This document shows positions 13,703 through 27,548 of a stretch of DNA of 64,000 nucleotides, one piece after another. How positions within the stretch are numbered: the first letter of the stretch is position 1; each line of letters opens with the position of its first letter. Origin of the DNA: Octopus vulgaris (lineage: Eukaryota); NCBI GenBank assembly GCA_951406725.2, contig OX597818.1, forward strand, positions 43,958,001 to 44,022,000. The letters run 5' to 3'. A model generated the notes under the pieces. The model saw nothing but the letters and a program-made list of their open reading frames with translations. It did no database searches and was not told the DNA's origin. The position numbers and the translations under genes were made by a program.

Positions 13703-14028
13703 AAGTTTTCTAAATAACTCCCAAAATGACATAAAAGTGCTTAATTTTGAAAGATTGCAAGATTTCACTGAAAAAGAAAAATCTAATTCTTGTCATTACA
13801 TTTTGAGAATACTTCAAACAGCTTCACAAGTGGCAAGTTATACAGGTGCATATTGAAAATATTATATACATTTGAAACATTAAAAGATGTTGCTAAGAAA
13901 TCTGAGGGAATCTAAGGAAAGAGAAAGAAGATAATATGCAGTACATCTCTGTACTTTTAGACATGTTCAATAAATAAGGGATTCAGGTCAGAATCCTGAT
14001 AACTGAAGCTGGTGTGTGTGTGTGTATA

Positions 14029-14244
14029 CTCTTTACTCTTTTATTCTTTTACTTGCTTCAGTCATGTGACTGTGGCCATGCTGGAGCACTACCTTTAGTC
14101 GAGCGAATCAACCCCAGGACTTATTTTTTGTAAGCCCAGTACTTATTCTATTAGTCTCTTTTGCCGAACTGCTAAGTTACGGGGATGTAAACACACCATC
14201 ATTGGTTGTCAAGCGATGCTGGGGGGACAAACACACAAACACAG

Positions 14245-14275
<31 letters not shown>

Positions 14276-14443
14276 CATATATACAATGGGCTTCTTTCAG
14301 TTTCCATCTACCAAATCCACTCACAAGGCTTTGGTCGACCCGAGGCTATAGTAGAAGACACTTGCCCAAGGTGCCACGCAATGGGACTGAACCCGGAACC
14401 ATGTGGTTGGTAAGCAAGCTACTTACCACACAGCCACTCCTAT
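14029..14443 (-). mobile_element. SINE family A
   Basis: Full-length inverse copy. Confidence 0.9.
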
Positions 14444-16984
14444 GCCTAGGAAACATTGAAGTAAGACGACCACAGATAAGCTGAAAGAACTTTTGGAAGC
14501 TGAGAAAGACAGTATTATAGGAAAATAATGTTACATGAAAAGCAATCTTTCATTATATCAACTATCATATTCAGTAGTATATAAGATGGACTTTTTTTTT
14601 CAAAAAAAAAAAAAAAAAAAGTGTCGAAAAATCACTCATATGCATAATTTTCATGAATATGCATTACTGAAATTGGGGTGTCTATATTATGCCAGTGTGC
14701 CTTTTATGCCATCAAATACAATAATAGTCCCTTAATGAAGAAGAATAGCCAATTTGACAAACCATTATTACTGTAAACATGGTAAGAAAATAAAGAGATA
14801 TAGAAATCAATACTGTACTGGAGCTAGTATAGACATATTTTTGCTTTCCCTAATGTAAACCTGATTATATTACTATTTCCATCAATATACTGTCTGCTGT
14901 ATTTATCCAAGTAATATGGCCCTAATGAAGAAATTAACAGCAAAAATATTTTATTAATAAGATGTGTGAAACATAAAGCAAATAGAAATATATAATAATG
15001 ACAAAAACTAGTGTGTAAAATGTATCTGAAAAATATCTCATATCAAACTAATGTCAAACCAACACATGATTTCGTATATAGCAGTATCCAATGGGAGCAT
15101 GTTTGGACAATAGAGATCTTTACAGGTTGTTAATATTAAATGAATCTGTCCATGCAAGCTCATTCTGATGATAGAGTTGAGGGTAGGGTCATATTAGTTT
15201 TTCTACCATGGTCCAAGCTCATGAGCAGTAGGAATTAAAAAGAAAGAAAAAAATACTTGTCTATTTTATAGCACTGCTGCACCTTAAGGCACTTTCTCAT
15301 AGCTAAGTGGACTGGGCAGTTGAGAGTCAAGTATCTTGAGATATACACATTGCAGGCTGGTGACAGAATAGAAAACACTGACTTTTCCAGCTAGTTAGTC
15401 GTTTGATACACTATTGACTCAGACATCTGTAGCTTTCAGAATCCATCTGTCTTATTATTCTATTGGTATCAGTTTCCAAGCAGGATAATTGGCAGTAACT
15501 CTATTTTGTGAGTCAGAAAGCACTAATTGTAAAAACAACTGCTTTAACATGAAAATGGGGTTTTTTTGATTAGAGGTATGAGAAAAATAAGTGAAAACCT
15601 CTGAAAGCATTAAATTGTTAATAGCTCACTAAATTAATTAGCCAAAGGTCATGAGACAGCAGTAGTTGTAAAAGAAACAAACAGAAGAACTGGTGCATTT
15701 GTGAGCTAAGTGACAGCACCTTTGTCAATCAGCCAAATGTGTTTCTTTTGGATATGGTCTATATGCTTGCATGTGTAACAGATATGATGTCAGTACTGTC
15801 CCATTTAAGTAAATAGTACTGAAGCATAATTTGGCTCTGAAGATGACAGTCTAATTTTCGTGATATAGTTTTGGCAATGTCTTTGTTGTATTATATGTGC
15901 AGATGCTCTTGAAAAATCATAAGAGGTTTGTGATGACTAGCACTAGAAAGATTTTGACTGTTTTAGTCTTTGTTATTTGTACTGTTACAACAGACTAATT
16001 TGTCATATTAGTGCAAGTCTATGTTGCATGCTGTTGTTTAACTCTGAATCAGGCATAATTAACTTATCTAGGATTACACTAATGTGGAGAGGAAAACATT
16101 TAGTTTTAAATCTCTGAGCGAGAAGTAGTAACAGAGTAAAATCTATTTGCCAATGTAAATTGGCAGTCCTGGCTAAGACGACATTACTACCTTTTTTTAG
16201 CTCCAGGAAAACATCTTTTCCAGCTGGCTACCAATGCACAAGACTGCCAATTTATGTTAGCAAATAGATTTTAATCTACATTAGTGTGTCCATCCATTTT
16301 TTTAAGACAGTAGGGTGAGATAAAAGAACAATTTGGTTGAAATTTCTAGGGTTGTGAGCAGAGGTTCTCTTGCGGACTCCCTATGTTATATGGATGACAA
16401 CTGTGCGCAAAACTAAACAGAGAGTGAAGGGTGGTACCATAATTCTAAAAATGTACTGCTTCCGTCACTGATAATTAATTTTTGATAAGCCTGCTGTCTA
16501 TTAGTGACATCATTGCTGATATTCTATATATTACAGCAGTGAGATTTGTCTGGTATGCAGTGACCAGACGCCTCTCACAGATGATGTCCAGTAGACTGGT
16601 ATCATGTGATATGGGATTCTGGTACCCATAACAGACGATTCTCGTCTGCGACGATCTATGTGTGCTTTTATTTCCCAAGAGCCTATGAGAGGATCTCATA
16701 AAAGTTAATAATGTAGTATTTGATGTTCTAACAACACATCTATATTGAGTTAGATTTTCTTTTGGTGCTGATACTGCTTCCATTGCTAATAAATATTTAG
16801 TCTTGGTTTAAGGTTTCTAAGATTTCTAGGGAATCTATATAGTTGGCTGATGTGACTAATTACATCACTAGTTTTATTTTATCAACGCCAGTGGGATGAA
16901 AGACAAAGTTGATCTTAAATCAGATAGTTAAAGAACATAACTAAATAGTGCAACTGGGTACTAAGCTACTACTACCACCACCAC

Positions 16985-17228
16985 CACCACCACTACCACT
17001 TTCTATTATAGGCACAAGGCCTGGAATTTTGTGGGGGTGTGGTTTAGTCAATTGCATTGACCCGTGGCTTGACTTGTACTTATTTTATCGACGGTTAGGT
17101 GATACCAACCTATCGCCAAGGCAAAGGTGACTTAGGCGGAATTTGAACTCAGAACACAAAGAGCCAAGAACAATTGTAGCAAAGGCATTTTTTTAGACGC
17201 TCTAACACTTCTTTCAACTTGTCGCACC
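16985..17228 (-). mobile_element. SINE family C, diverged
   Basis: GTACTTATTTTATCGAC and GGCAAAGGTGAC..GGCGGAATTTGAACTCAGAAC are the inverse of the family C core. Confidence 0.7.
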
Positions 17229-19814
17229 ACCACCACCACCACCACCACCACTATGTTTTTTTTTTTTAATGCATGACTTTATACAGGGAGTACTTGACTG
17301 GTACTTATTTTATTAAACACGGAAAGATGAGAAGTAGTCATCTCAGGTTTGAACTTGGAATTAAATAAAAAAAAAAAAAAAAAAAAAGACGCATCTGACA
17401 ACAGTGCTCTATCGATTCTGATACACGGTGTAAACTTGTTCAGCTAACAAATAACGACTACTCCAATATTCCTCATCGGATGTGGGTACCGCAATAAAAA
17501 AACATCTTTATCATTGGACGTAGTAGCACCGCAATAACAAACAACTTAACTGAACAGATGAGATAGATTCCGACGGGGGAAGAAAAATAAAATGTTGCTT
17601 GCATAGACAGCAACTAGTCCAGTAAAAACAGAAACAAATGCTAGTTAAACCAATGTAATCAGAGTGGTGGTGTGCAGTTAGAATTAGTGTTCCGTAAAGA
17701 GTTCAGCTAAAAATGCTTTTGGGATGGATGTATGAAGATGTTTTCTATGCTTTACTCATGAATGAGTAACACACACAAAACAACACATGACTAACATTAC
17801 GGCTACTAGAACAGTGATACTTAACCAGAGGTAAATTCAACATCTGAAGGGTGTAAATTCGTTCTAATTAATATTAAAAAAATTTTTTCACACAACTTTT
17901 GCCTGTAAGGGGTTTATATATATATAAACACACACATACAATATATATATATATTTATTTATTGTGTGTGTGCGTTGTTACGTGGAAGCCGTTTATTGAT
18001 TACTTTGGGAGGGAGCCTTTAAGGGAAAAATAACCGGCTGATAATTTTAGACAGAAAGACATCACAATTTTTATGATCGTGTTTTGGGACTCATTCATTT
18101 TTTTATAACAATAACGGCTGGGTATAAGCAGCGATTCCCATTGTACTTATTTAGTCTACATTTTGAATGTACAGGACAGATAAATGGCGAACTACATCAT
18201 GTTGCGAAGAGGGGGTAAAATGACAGAGGAAGGGCTGATAATCAACTATACTTAGAGGAAGCTGAGTCACTTCTCGGTGAAAGAATGACAGTCAAGGAAA
18301 CAGGTCTATCATAAAAGAACAAACAAAAAAAAAATGACATAAGCGCTCTTGTAAAAGCATAAACAATGACTATAAAGTGAATAATTGTCTTTTATTTTAT
18401 ACTGTTGTCATTAAACATGAATGCGAGTAACAATGAAGTCGAAGAGAACAAACTTTAGACATTACCACTGTTCTCTGCTCAGCCTATTAAGGGGTCACTC
18501 TCGTTAAAGTCGTTAACACTGCTCCCTTTCCGACCTGTTGGACTTCTGTCATATTCAGATACTATCTAGGGACCGAATTCTTTGTTACTTTCCACTTAAC
18601 AGTCCTCCCATAACAGCGTTACTATCTTACACTTTATACTTTTCGACAACGAGATCTTATGGTCGGAAGATATATCGGCTAATCACATCCAGCCCAGGAC
18701 CCACAAACGCCCTTGCTCCGGGGCATATCTGTCACTTTATCTTTCACACCGTAGTGATAACCAACTCGAATCTGCTTCACACCATCTGCACAAACTTGAT
18801 CTATCTGAACCAACGGGGGAACCAAGTACGTGGTCATACGACCTGCTAGAAATAGCAGCGCAAAATCTTACTCAGATGAAACCATACCCTCTTAAAAAAG
18901 TCAGGGCCTAAAAAAAAAGAAAGAAAAAAAAAAAGAAAGACGAAATGGGCCTTTGAATAAACACAAGGGTTTTTTTAAAACTAAGGTCTCTTCGATTCGT
19001 GTAGTTTTCTATGGTTAAACAAGAAACTCATCTGCCGTATTTTACCGCAATATATGTAAGCGAAAGGGGGTTTCTATTTGGGTGACCACTGCCGCTATAT
19101 GGAGTTTCCCAACTTGTTGGCTGTCAGACTAGTCTACAGACAACTTATTCCATGGATCTTCTTATATCAGCATAAACAAGAAGCATTTCATCTTCATCTT
19201 GGGTACTTTTTCTTCAATCGGTATTAACGACAGCTTTTCATTTTCCTAACCACAACTTCCTCTTTCGAATCTTTGGTCTATATTCTTGTAACGCTTGTTT
19301 GCACTTAGCGCAAACAACATTTCTTACATTTTTTTTTCTCCATCAACTGACCCATTCCAGACCCTACTTACTTTTTCTGAACCTATTTACTTTTTCGGCG
19401 AAGTTTCAACTATGCCACTTTTTCATTTGTTGCATCGCATTCTTCTTTCTCCTTTATCTGCCTCACGCACTCTATGTGTATATGCAAAGATTTAGTATGT
19501 TAGTGGCCATGCCCCGTGTGAGAGTGTATAATTACTATCGCGTCTTCAGCCTATTCACCTCACTTGAATAAACCTCTGTATGTGTGTGTGTAATTACATG
19601 CTTGTTTGTGTACAACTATGTTATGCCTAACTTTTCATCTTCCTTCTCTTCAGATCCACTTTTCTCTTCGTCGACCCAACCTGTGACCTATCATCCTCTG
19701 TCTGCCCCATCCCATCTCCTCTTTGTTTGCTACGTTCGTTATTTACAATTAATCAGTACAGTACATTTCCTATTTCTTTGGAGAAGGGCCTCCGCTCAGT
19801 TTTACGAATTTCCG

Positions 19815-19940
19815 TGACGTGTTGTCTGTCTATCGTCACACAAACTATCATTTGTTTCCGCGGACTCTCGGCCTATAACCAACTCCATTGATTTAAAGAG
19901 AGGATGAGTGAGAGAGAGGAAGAGAAGCACATATAAACAG
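19815..19940 (+). promoter_or_regulatory. candidate core promoter of the plus-strand gene
   Basis: TATAAA at 19932-19937, GA-rich tract at 19897-19925 and TGACGT at 19815-19820, about 200-320 bp upstream of ATG 20135, in a SINE-poor, CpG-richer segment. Confidence 0.45.
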
Positions 19941-20134
19941 GCAATACCTAAGCTGATGTTTCTCATTTGATAAAACTGTTCCATTGCCACTGTGGCTGCT
20001 TCTGCTACTACCGCTCGCTGTCACTACTACATACATTATAGTCACAACGCACCGAGATTCTTAATAGCTTAGTTGTGTTGTCAGCATCGCCAGAGTTTTT
20101 ATCTCACATCCACTGATCATATGAACAGCAAACT

Positions 20135-20216
20135 ATGGAAACTACAGATCCTCCTCCATCTACACAAGAGACGGCTTTGACCAGTATAATTTTAGCTTTT
20201 TTATGTTTTATTGCAG
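20135..20216 (+). CDS. neuritin-like secreted/GPI-anchored protein, coding exon 1 (signal peptide)
   Basis: METTDPPPSTQETALTSIILAFLCFIA+G, then donor CAG|GTAAGA; 82 nt, phase 1. Confidence 0.8.
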
Positions 20217-20648
20217 GTAAGAAAGATTTTAAATTGATTTGAATATGTACCTACCACCGCTCGTACACAGCAAACACATGCTTATTTAAATTAAACTTAA
20301 ACGTGCTGCGGTCACGCTATATTCTACTAGATTTACAGATAATAAATGAGAATCTTTAAATAATAGTCATTACATTTATTAGTTTGGGTCACAATACTTG
20401 TTAGTAGTAGACCGATTTATTTTAATTCCAATTTATTTTTCTTCCCGGTCGTGTTCTCGAACTGACAAAAATCACCGAGAAGAGTACATTTATTCAAATC
20501 CATAATGTAGAAATAGGAATACTTTCAAGTGCAATTTCTCTAAACTTTATGAACATTATTTCTGTGATACACGAAATAATTCTAAAATAGGTCAGTGAAG
20601 GGTCTCCCGAGAAATTAAGACAATCTCTCATCACGTAATTCATGATTA

Positions 20649-20679
<31 letters not shown>

Positions 20680-23387
20680 CTGTATTAATATTTAACTACG
20701 ATTAAAGAGGAATAGGTTACATAAAAAAGAAAAGAAAAATGTAATTTAGGTGGGCGAAATCAGACCCTTCAGGCACCCACTGAAAGGGAAATATCTTGCC
20801 ATTTTACCGGTGGAATGGATGATTACTTCTGATTGTCAGTGTAAAATTCTGGGAGGGTCAATCCAACCTTCTTCCATTCATTTGGTGGTGAATTAAATAT
20901 ATGCCGGTAATGGAACCACAAGCGTAAAAGCAGTCGACTGGTGCGACGACTGGACTCTTTCGATAAAAGGAAGAAAGCCTTCAAGTGGTATGAAATACGC
21001 ACCTAGGTGTTTGATCGAACAAATAATTTTACCGAGTGTTTTCTCTCGCTTTTAAAAGTAAATTCTAATTATTAAAAAAATGCCCGAGAATGTTTGACAA
21101 GTAGTTTATAAATTTTGTGAAATGTTTGTGGTAATTTGAATAAATCATATTAAAACATTATCTCAATTTTTACTCATGGATTCATATTTTAAAATTTACT
21201 CTTGTGATCTTCAGTTTGTTCCTATGATCCTTATTCTGGTATAGTTACTGAAGGTTTAATATACAGATGTTAGATTATATTAAGAAAACTTACAAAAAAT
21301 CTCAACAGTAAAAGAAAAGGAGTTATTTTAAACTCTTTAAATAACATGAGAGAACCTTTAAGCGGTTGCTCTGCTTAACTATAAATAACAACCAAAATCT
21401 TCCTCAAATTACATCCTACCTCCTAAAGGGTAATTTGTACAATGTTTCTAATATACAAAAGACGAGAGGTTTACAGCTGAAATAGGCCTGCTTGATCAGG
21501 GTTAATTTGAGGCTAGACTGCGATTAGTTTACATTCAGCTCATGAAAGCAAAACTCATTTATCTGATTAAAAGATATAATCAGGATATGTGTAAAACTGC
21601 TGGGTTTTTTTTTTTTTTTTAGTATAAAGAAACCTAAATTTTAAACTATACATAAAATACATGAAATGTGAATGGAGAAAACTTTTAGCGGTCCACATTA
21701 ACAAACTATCGGCATGATTATTAAATTCTAAAGTTAAATCAAGACGTAGTTCGTGATTTGTAAGGACAGATGATTTGAGCACAGACATTCTGTGAATAAG
21801 CTGCTAAAACACGACTCGTGTGTCTTGAAAGAGAAGCAGATATGTGGCATTCAATTTTCAAAATATTAACTATCCGAACCAATTCGTCTGTACATCTTGG
21901 ACTGCCCTGTCCGGTCAGAGGACCGATTTAGAAAAAAAAAAAAAACAACAGCGAAATATGAGTAACGTGTCTTAGTGAATTGAAATTACTATAAGTTGAG
22001 TTTTAGGGCCCATACACAGTTCATTAGCAAAGATATGGACCCTTTGTAAACATGTTGGTAAAGATTGCTAGAAAGCTGAGACAGGTAGATAAACAGAATT
22101 AAATATATAATGTCTGCCAATACCACCAACAATAAATATGATTCTTGTTTAAAGTGTGTGATGGGCCATTTATAAAATATGTTGGATATCTCGAAAATGT
22201 TAAACTGCAAAATAAACCAGTTACCATAAGGGTATACCTTTAGTATCATGGAATATTTTTAATATCGTCCCGCCTGTAAGTGCCTCTTACTGAATATGCT
22301 GAAATTTTAATTCAAAATCTTAGGCTGAAATAGTTTTAATACATGAAAGATAATACAATATTTCAATAAGTACTAAACGAAAACGAATTCTTTTAAGTAC
22401 TTTAACCTAAACTATTCCTAATTCTCGCTTATTTTGAAAATTAACAAAGGCAGACAGCCTTGTTAGACAGACATAGTCATCACAAAAGGATTATTGAAAC
22501 AAGTCAAAGAGTCACAAATTGAATAACTTGAAAATATTGACGAAGCTATCTGCTGCTGTTGCTATGCAGGTGAACTGGTTATAAATGATGCAGACCATCA
22601 CAGTGTATCATGCCTTACAATCAAGATACAAAGGGGTGTCTGTGCGTGTCCGTGCAACCCAGCCAGAGACTTATTAGAAATAGCAGCGATATTTCACTCA
22701 AGTCACACTCTACTGTCTTAAACAAGCTGGCACGTTGAGATTTCATTGGATGGCGTGGTGTTTATGAGAAAGAGGATGGCTAAAAGAAAAACAGGAAAGT
22801 GTAGATTGGAATGTTTTGATCATAGGACCACTTAACCAAGGCCAAACATATTACTAAACAACAACAAACCGTCAAAACACTGTTTTTAGTTGGTAGATTT
22901 TAATTGTTACTCAGTCTAACACCACCACCAACTGACCATTGGTTATCTTTAGTGGAGGCTACTCAGGTGGATAGTATTCAAGCTAGGCCTCTGGTCTGAA
23001 GATAACTTTTTTGCATGGGTTTATCCGTTTCCCATTCAACATTTGAAAAGGAAAAAAAGCCAAAGTGAATCATGGCATAAGGTTTTAAATTTTAAGACTG
23101 CTTCCAAATATTCTGTCTGTTACTAATTTATTGTAAGAGTTTGATATGGTCGAAAAAAACAAAAACAAACCCAAGTGAAACAACAACCAAGAGAAAAAAA
23201 AAGTATAGAATTTATATTTTATTAAATGTAAGAAATGGTTAAAAAAAAGTTTTTTTTTTTTTTTATGTATGTGGATATGATATCTCAATGTTTTTAAGCT
23301 TGGCAGAGCATAAGTAATGCTATTTTGGAATTAATCTTTTAAATTTGAACAGCTTTATTTTGGAAGGAGTGTAAATAGACAAACAGT

Positions 23388-23550
23388 GCAGCAGCTGGAG
23401 TAGAAGTGTTGGTGTGGGCAGTAGTTGGAGTAGAAGTGTTGGTGTGGGCAGTAGTTGGAGTAGAAGTGTTGGTGTGGGCAGTAGTTGGAGTAGAAGTGTT
23501 GGTGTGGGCAGTAGTTGGAGTAGAAGTGTTGGTGTGGGCAGTAGTTGGAG
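23388..23550. repeat. 30-bp minisatellite, 5 perfect units
   Basis: TAGAAGTGTTGGTGTGGGCAGTAGTTGGAG x5 (23401-23550), plus a partial unit before it. Confidence 0.95.
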
Positions 23551-23604
23551 AGTGTTGTAGGTTGGGATTGATATCTAATTGGTATTCTAGTTATTCAGAG
23601 TAAC

Positions 23605-24010
23605 AGACATAGTTTCAGGTTCAGTGCCACTGTATGGCAAAGTGTCTCATACTATAACCCCAGGCCCATCAAGTGGATTATAATTTGTTAGTGGATTTGG
23701 TAGACAGAAACTGAAAGAAGCCCATCATGTAAGTGAGTGTGTGTGTGTTTGTGCCTTCTTGTTTTCACATCACATAATAGCTATCTATAAGTGAGTGTCA
23801 CCATCATACAGCGATGCCATTTGCTTGGTTACAATTTTCTATGGAAACATGTCAGGACAAGAGGAAATATCACCTTACTTGGAAACAGGTGAAATATTAC
23901 CTTACTTGGAAACAGGGAAAGACACTTCATTGAAGAAAATCTGTCACAACAAATTGTCTGATCCTTGCAAGTATGGAAAAGTGGATGTTAAAACGATGAT
24001 GATGATAATG
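23605..24010 (+). mobile_element. old SINE with family A head and RTE-type (GAT)n tail
   Basis: GTGGATTTGGTAGACAGAAACTGAAAGAAGCCC (family A) followed by GCAAGTATGGAAAAGTGGATGTTAAAACGATGATG (family B/RTE tail). Confidence 0.7.
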
Positions 24011-27000
24011 AATATTATTTTAGGGCCATTTATAGACACTAATGGTTATCCTAGAATTGTTGTTAACAGAGTAAGAATAACGTTGTTATTGGTGATGGTG
24101 TGATTTAGTTGGTCATCCATAACTGTAATGCAAGGAATGAATGAATGTAAGGTTTTCTCAAACTTGCAATGTCTGACTATTACTACAAGGTTAACAGTAC
24201 TACTATCCAGACCAAAGATATCTTTAGGGAAAGGAGAAAAAGGGAGACAGATGATCATATCTGTCAAGGGGTTATTATTAGCAATAGAAGAGAAATGACT
24301 ACAACCAGAAATTGAAACCAAGCTACAAGCTCAGCTTGCAATCCTCAGAGATGGATAATGACAAGTACATTAGAGTAGTATATTTTTCACTATGTACAAT
24401 ACCAATTTTGTTGTGTAGTAAAATAGGAGAATCTGAAGAAACTAGTCGATAGGGTTAAAATTCAAGTACAACACCAACTGATGGAAAGAGAAAAAAAAAT
24501 TATAATTTGTTAAGTACAAATAAGCATGTTTTTTTTTTCACCCATGTGGATATGATATTAATCTGTTTCTGTAAAAACTAATACAGATACGAAGGAGATA
24601 AAAACTAACATTTTGTACACTTGTGAGAGAGAGAGAATAAAGATATTAAGTCTAAGATGCAAAAATGCCAATCTTGTGTAATTTATTGACAGTGGGCATG
24701 GATGGGTTAACTCAAAGTCAATCTTATATGAACTCAGTTATGCATTGAATTTGATTTCAAAAAATATTTATCAAGTCCAACTCATCTTAAAATCCCAAAA
24801 TAAAACAAATACAGCAACAAATATTTGCTATAAATATTATAATCCATATTTGATTTTCAAAATACCTGGTTAGACTCAGGGAACACCACTGAAGATTGTA
24901 TTTATGTACTATAAGACATTAGACTGGTAAAGATTATCTCTCTCTCTCTCCACACTGTACTCAAGGCAGAATTTGAGATAACTACTGGAAGCTAAAGAAG
25001 TTCATGTCAATTACACATGATTCCAATTGTTTACAGTGGTGAGCTGTACCTCTTTAGGCTACCTATAAACAACTAGGTGGACTGGATAATAAGCTTGGGA
25101 TAAGTTGCAATACAGCAACAGTGCCATCAGGTTGATATTATATTGACTTAGTTCTAACTTAAGTCTTTCAGAGTATAAACAGGAAGGACTGTGCTATCTT
25201 TGAGTAAGAGACTAAGTGTACATAGGCATACAAATGTATGCTGATATTCTATAGTTTTATAAACAACTCAAATTGTAAATGACTGAGTTAATAGTGTATT
25301 TTTATCAATGTCATTCAAAAGTATGTTATTTTTAAATGATGCTAAAATAGTGTAGTATTAGACTTATTTTCTTCTGAATAGTGCTCTTCTTAAGAGCACT
25401 ATTTTAGCAGATGTTATTTTAGGTGTGTTATTTCAGATATTATAGCCCAGTTGGAAAAAGGATTCCTTTAGAGATAAATTTAAACATGTTAGAAACTGAA
25501 GACAATATTCTTTTCCCCTTCAAAGTGTAGTGGGACTCTTTTCAGGTAATGAGAATCATTATCAGTAGATGTACAGCATTTCTTAAGCAGTATAAGAAAT
25601 CCTGTACTATATAGAGTGCTAAGTGGCCTTGGGCAACTGTTGAGAAAAAAAAGCAAGAAGTGATTAAGGTATTAAGGCCAGGTAATCATTATTATCATTG
25701 TTAATACTTCAGCAATTATTTCTTTATGTCAGCAGAAGCTGAGTAAGCTTGCACATTACCCAACATCTCAATATTGTGTCATTTCATCTGTGAGACCCAG
25801 TCTCCAAGGATTTAGTTTCATTTTTTTCTCTTCTGTATAAAGTTGTTTTTCCTTTGGATAGGCAAAATAAAAAAGATTTCTCTCAAATGAAATACTCAGT
25901 CTCAGGAGACAAGTATTTCATTTGAGAAAGTTTAAAATAACTAATAAAGTTAACTTTAACCCATTTGACACCAACCCACCTGAGACCACCCCTGGTTCGA
26001 CAGTATTACTTCCTGCTTTAAAGTGACCTAGAGTAAAACTTCCCATCTAAATTTCACGTTAATTTATGTTCCAAATACCAACTTAATGACAGTTATTTTA
26101 CTAAATTCTCAGCTATTTTTAGAATTAGTTGAAACAAAGGCAATGTATTTCAACAGAAATATGGCAACAAAAGGGCTCGGCTAGCATTAACTAGCATTTT
26201 TAAGCATGAAGGTGGGTGTTATATAGAATTTAGAGGAAATAATACATCTCTTGTATAAAATAAACATCTAAAAATGTTTCTTAAAAATTGCCAAACACTA
26301 CTATTAAGGTAAGGGATAGTTATCCACTACTTTGAAAATAAACAGTGATCAGACTGGGCCTGGTGCAGCCTCCTGGCTTCCCAGACCCCAGTCGAACAGT
26401 CCAACCCAAGCTAGCATGGAAAGCAGACGTTAAACGATGATGATGTGAGCATACATATTTGATAATATAGCTGAGGTTTTTGAATGACTATAAAAAAAAT
26501 GTGAATCTGTATTAAAACGTATTTACTCAACTAACGCAGAGCAATTTGGAAGAAAGATTGCACTGTGTTTTCTATAATTATCATTTATAATGATGGATCT
26601 AGATGTTATCTTCAACAAATATTTATAGAAAATGATTTTATGTTAGATGAATATCATTATTGATGATACAGACTCAGATTTAATGGGTTTTAAAATGTCA
26701 CCTAGAGATTAAATTATATACATTAAAAAATGATAAATAAATACTTGTTTTTCTTTGATCAGGTTGTCCTCTGAATTTATAACTCATTTTTAACTATTAT
26801 ATATCATGTTGCTTTCAACATAAAAAGACAATCTTTTTATTATCTTAAATAAGGATAGAAATCCTCTAAAATTCTTCCAAGTTACTTGAATAATATGTTG
26901 CCATTAGTAGGTCTACCTCCAAAACTAATGATATTATATGCTAGCAGAACATTTAATATTTCCAAGAAGGCTTCCATTTGTTAATTGAATGCACACTTCA

Positions 27001-27089
27001 AAACACCTGTTTCTGTCCCTCTAATCATACCTTAACCTCTCATGACCTGGTATAAAACTACCTCCAAACAATGACATCCCTTCCCTCAG

Positions 27090-27548
27090 TTGAGTGGCTG
27101 TGTGGTAAGAAGCTTGCTTACCAACCACATGGTTCTGGGTTCAGTCCCACTGCATGGCACCTTGGGCAAGTGTCTTCTACTACAGCCTCAGGCCAACCAA
27201 GGCCTTGTGAGTGGATTTGTTGTGTGTGTGTATGTTTGTCCTCCCCTCACCATCGCTTGATAACCGATGCTGGTGTGTTTATGTCCCTGTAACTTAGCGG
27301 TCTGGCAAAAGAGACCAATAGAATAAGTACTAGGTGACCTCACAAGTGCTCCTGCCATGTAAAAAAAAAAAAAAAAGCACTCAGTATACTGTGAAGTGCT
27401 TGGCAATAAAAGAGGGGCATCCAGCCAAAAGGAGCCATGCCAAAGCAGACATTGGAGCTTTGTGCAGTCATCTGGCTTGTCAGCTCCTGTCAAACCACCC
27501 AATCCATGCCAACATGGAAAATAGACATTAAACAACAATAATGATGAG
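27090..27548 (+). mobile_element. SINE A 5' part joined to SINE B-type 3' part
   Basis: Family A up to GAATAAGTACTAGG (27333), then TGTAAAAA..GCAC, GGGCATCCAG and CCAATCCATGCCAACATGG tail. Confidence 0.75.

Noticed and set aside
16475-16783. 102-aa minus-strand ORF and overlapping short plus-strand frame
   Set aside because: No recognisable motif or convincing splice sites.
23388-23550. CRISPR-like regular repeat
   Set aside because: Head-to-tail units with no spacers, in a eukaryotic context.
23406-23603. ORF of VLVWAVVGVE repeats
   Set aside because: Translation of a perfect 30-bp minisatellite; no splice or start support.
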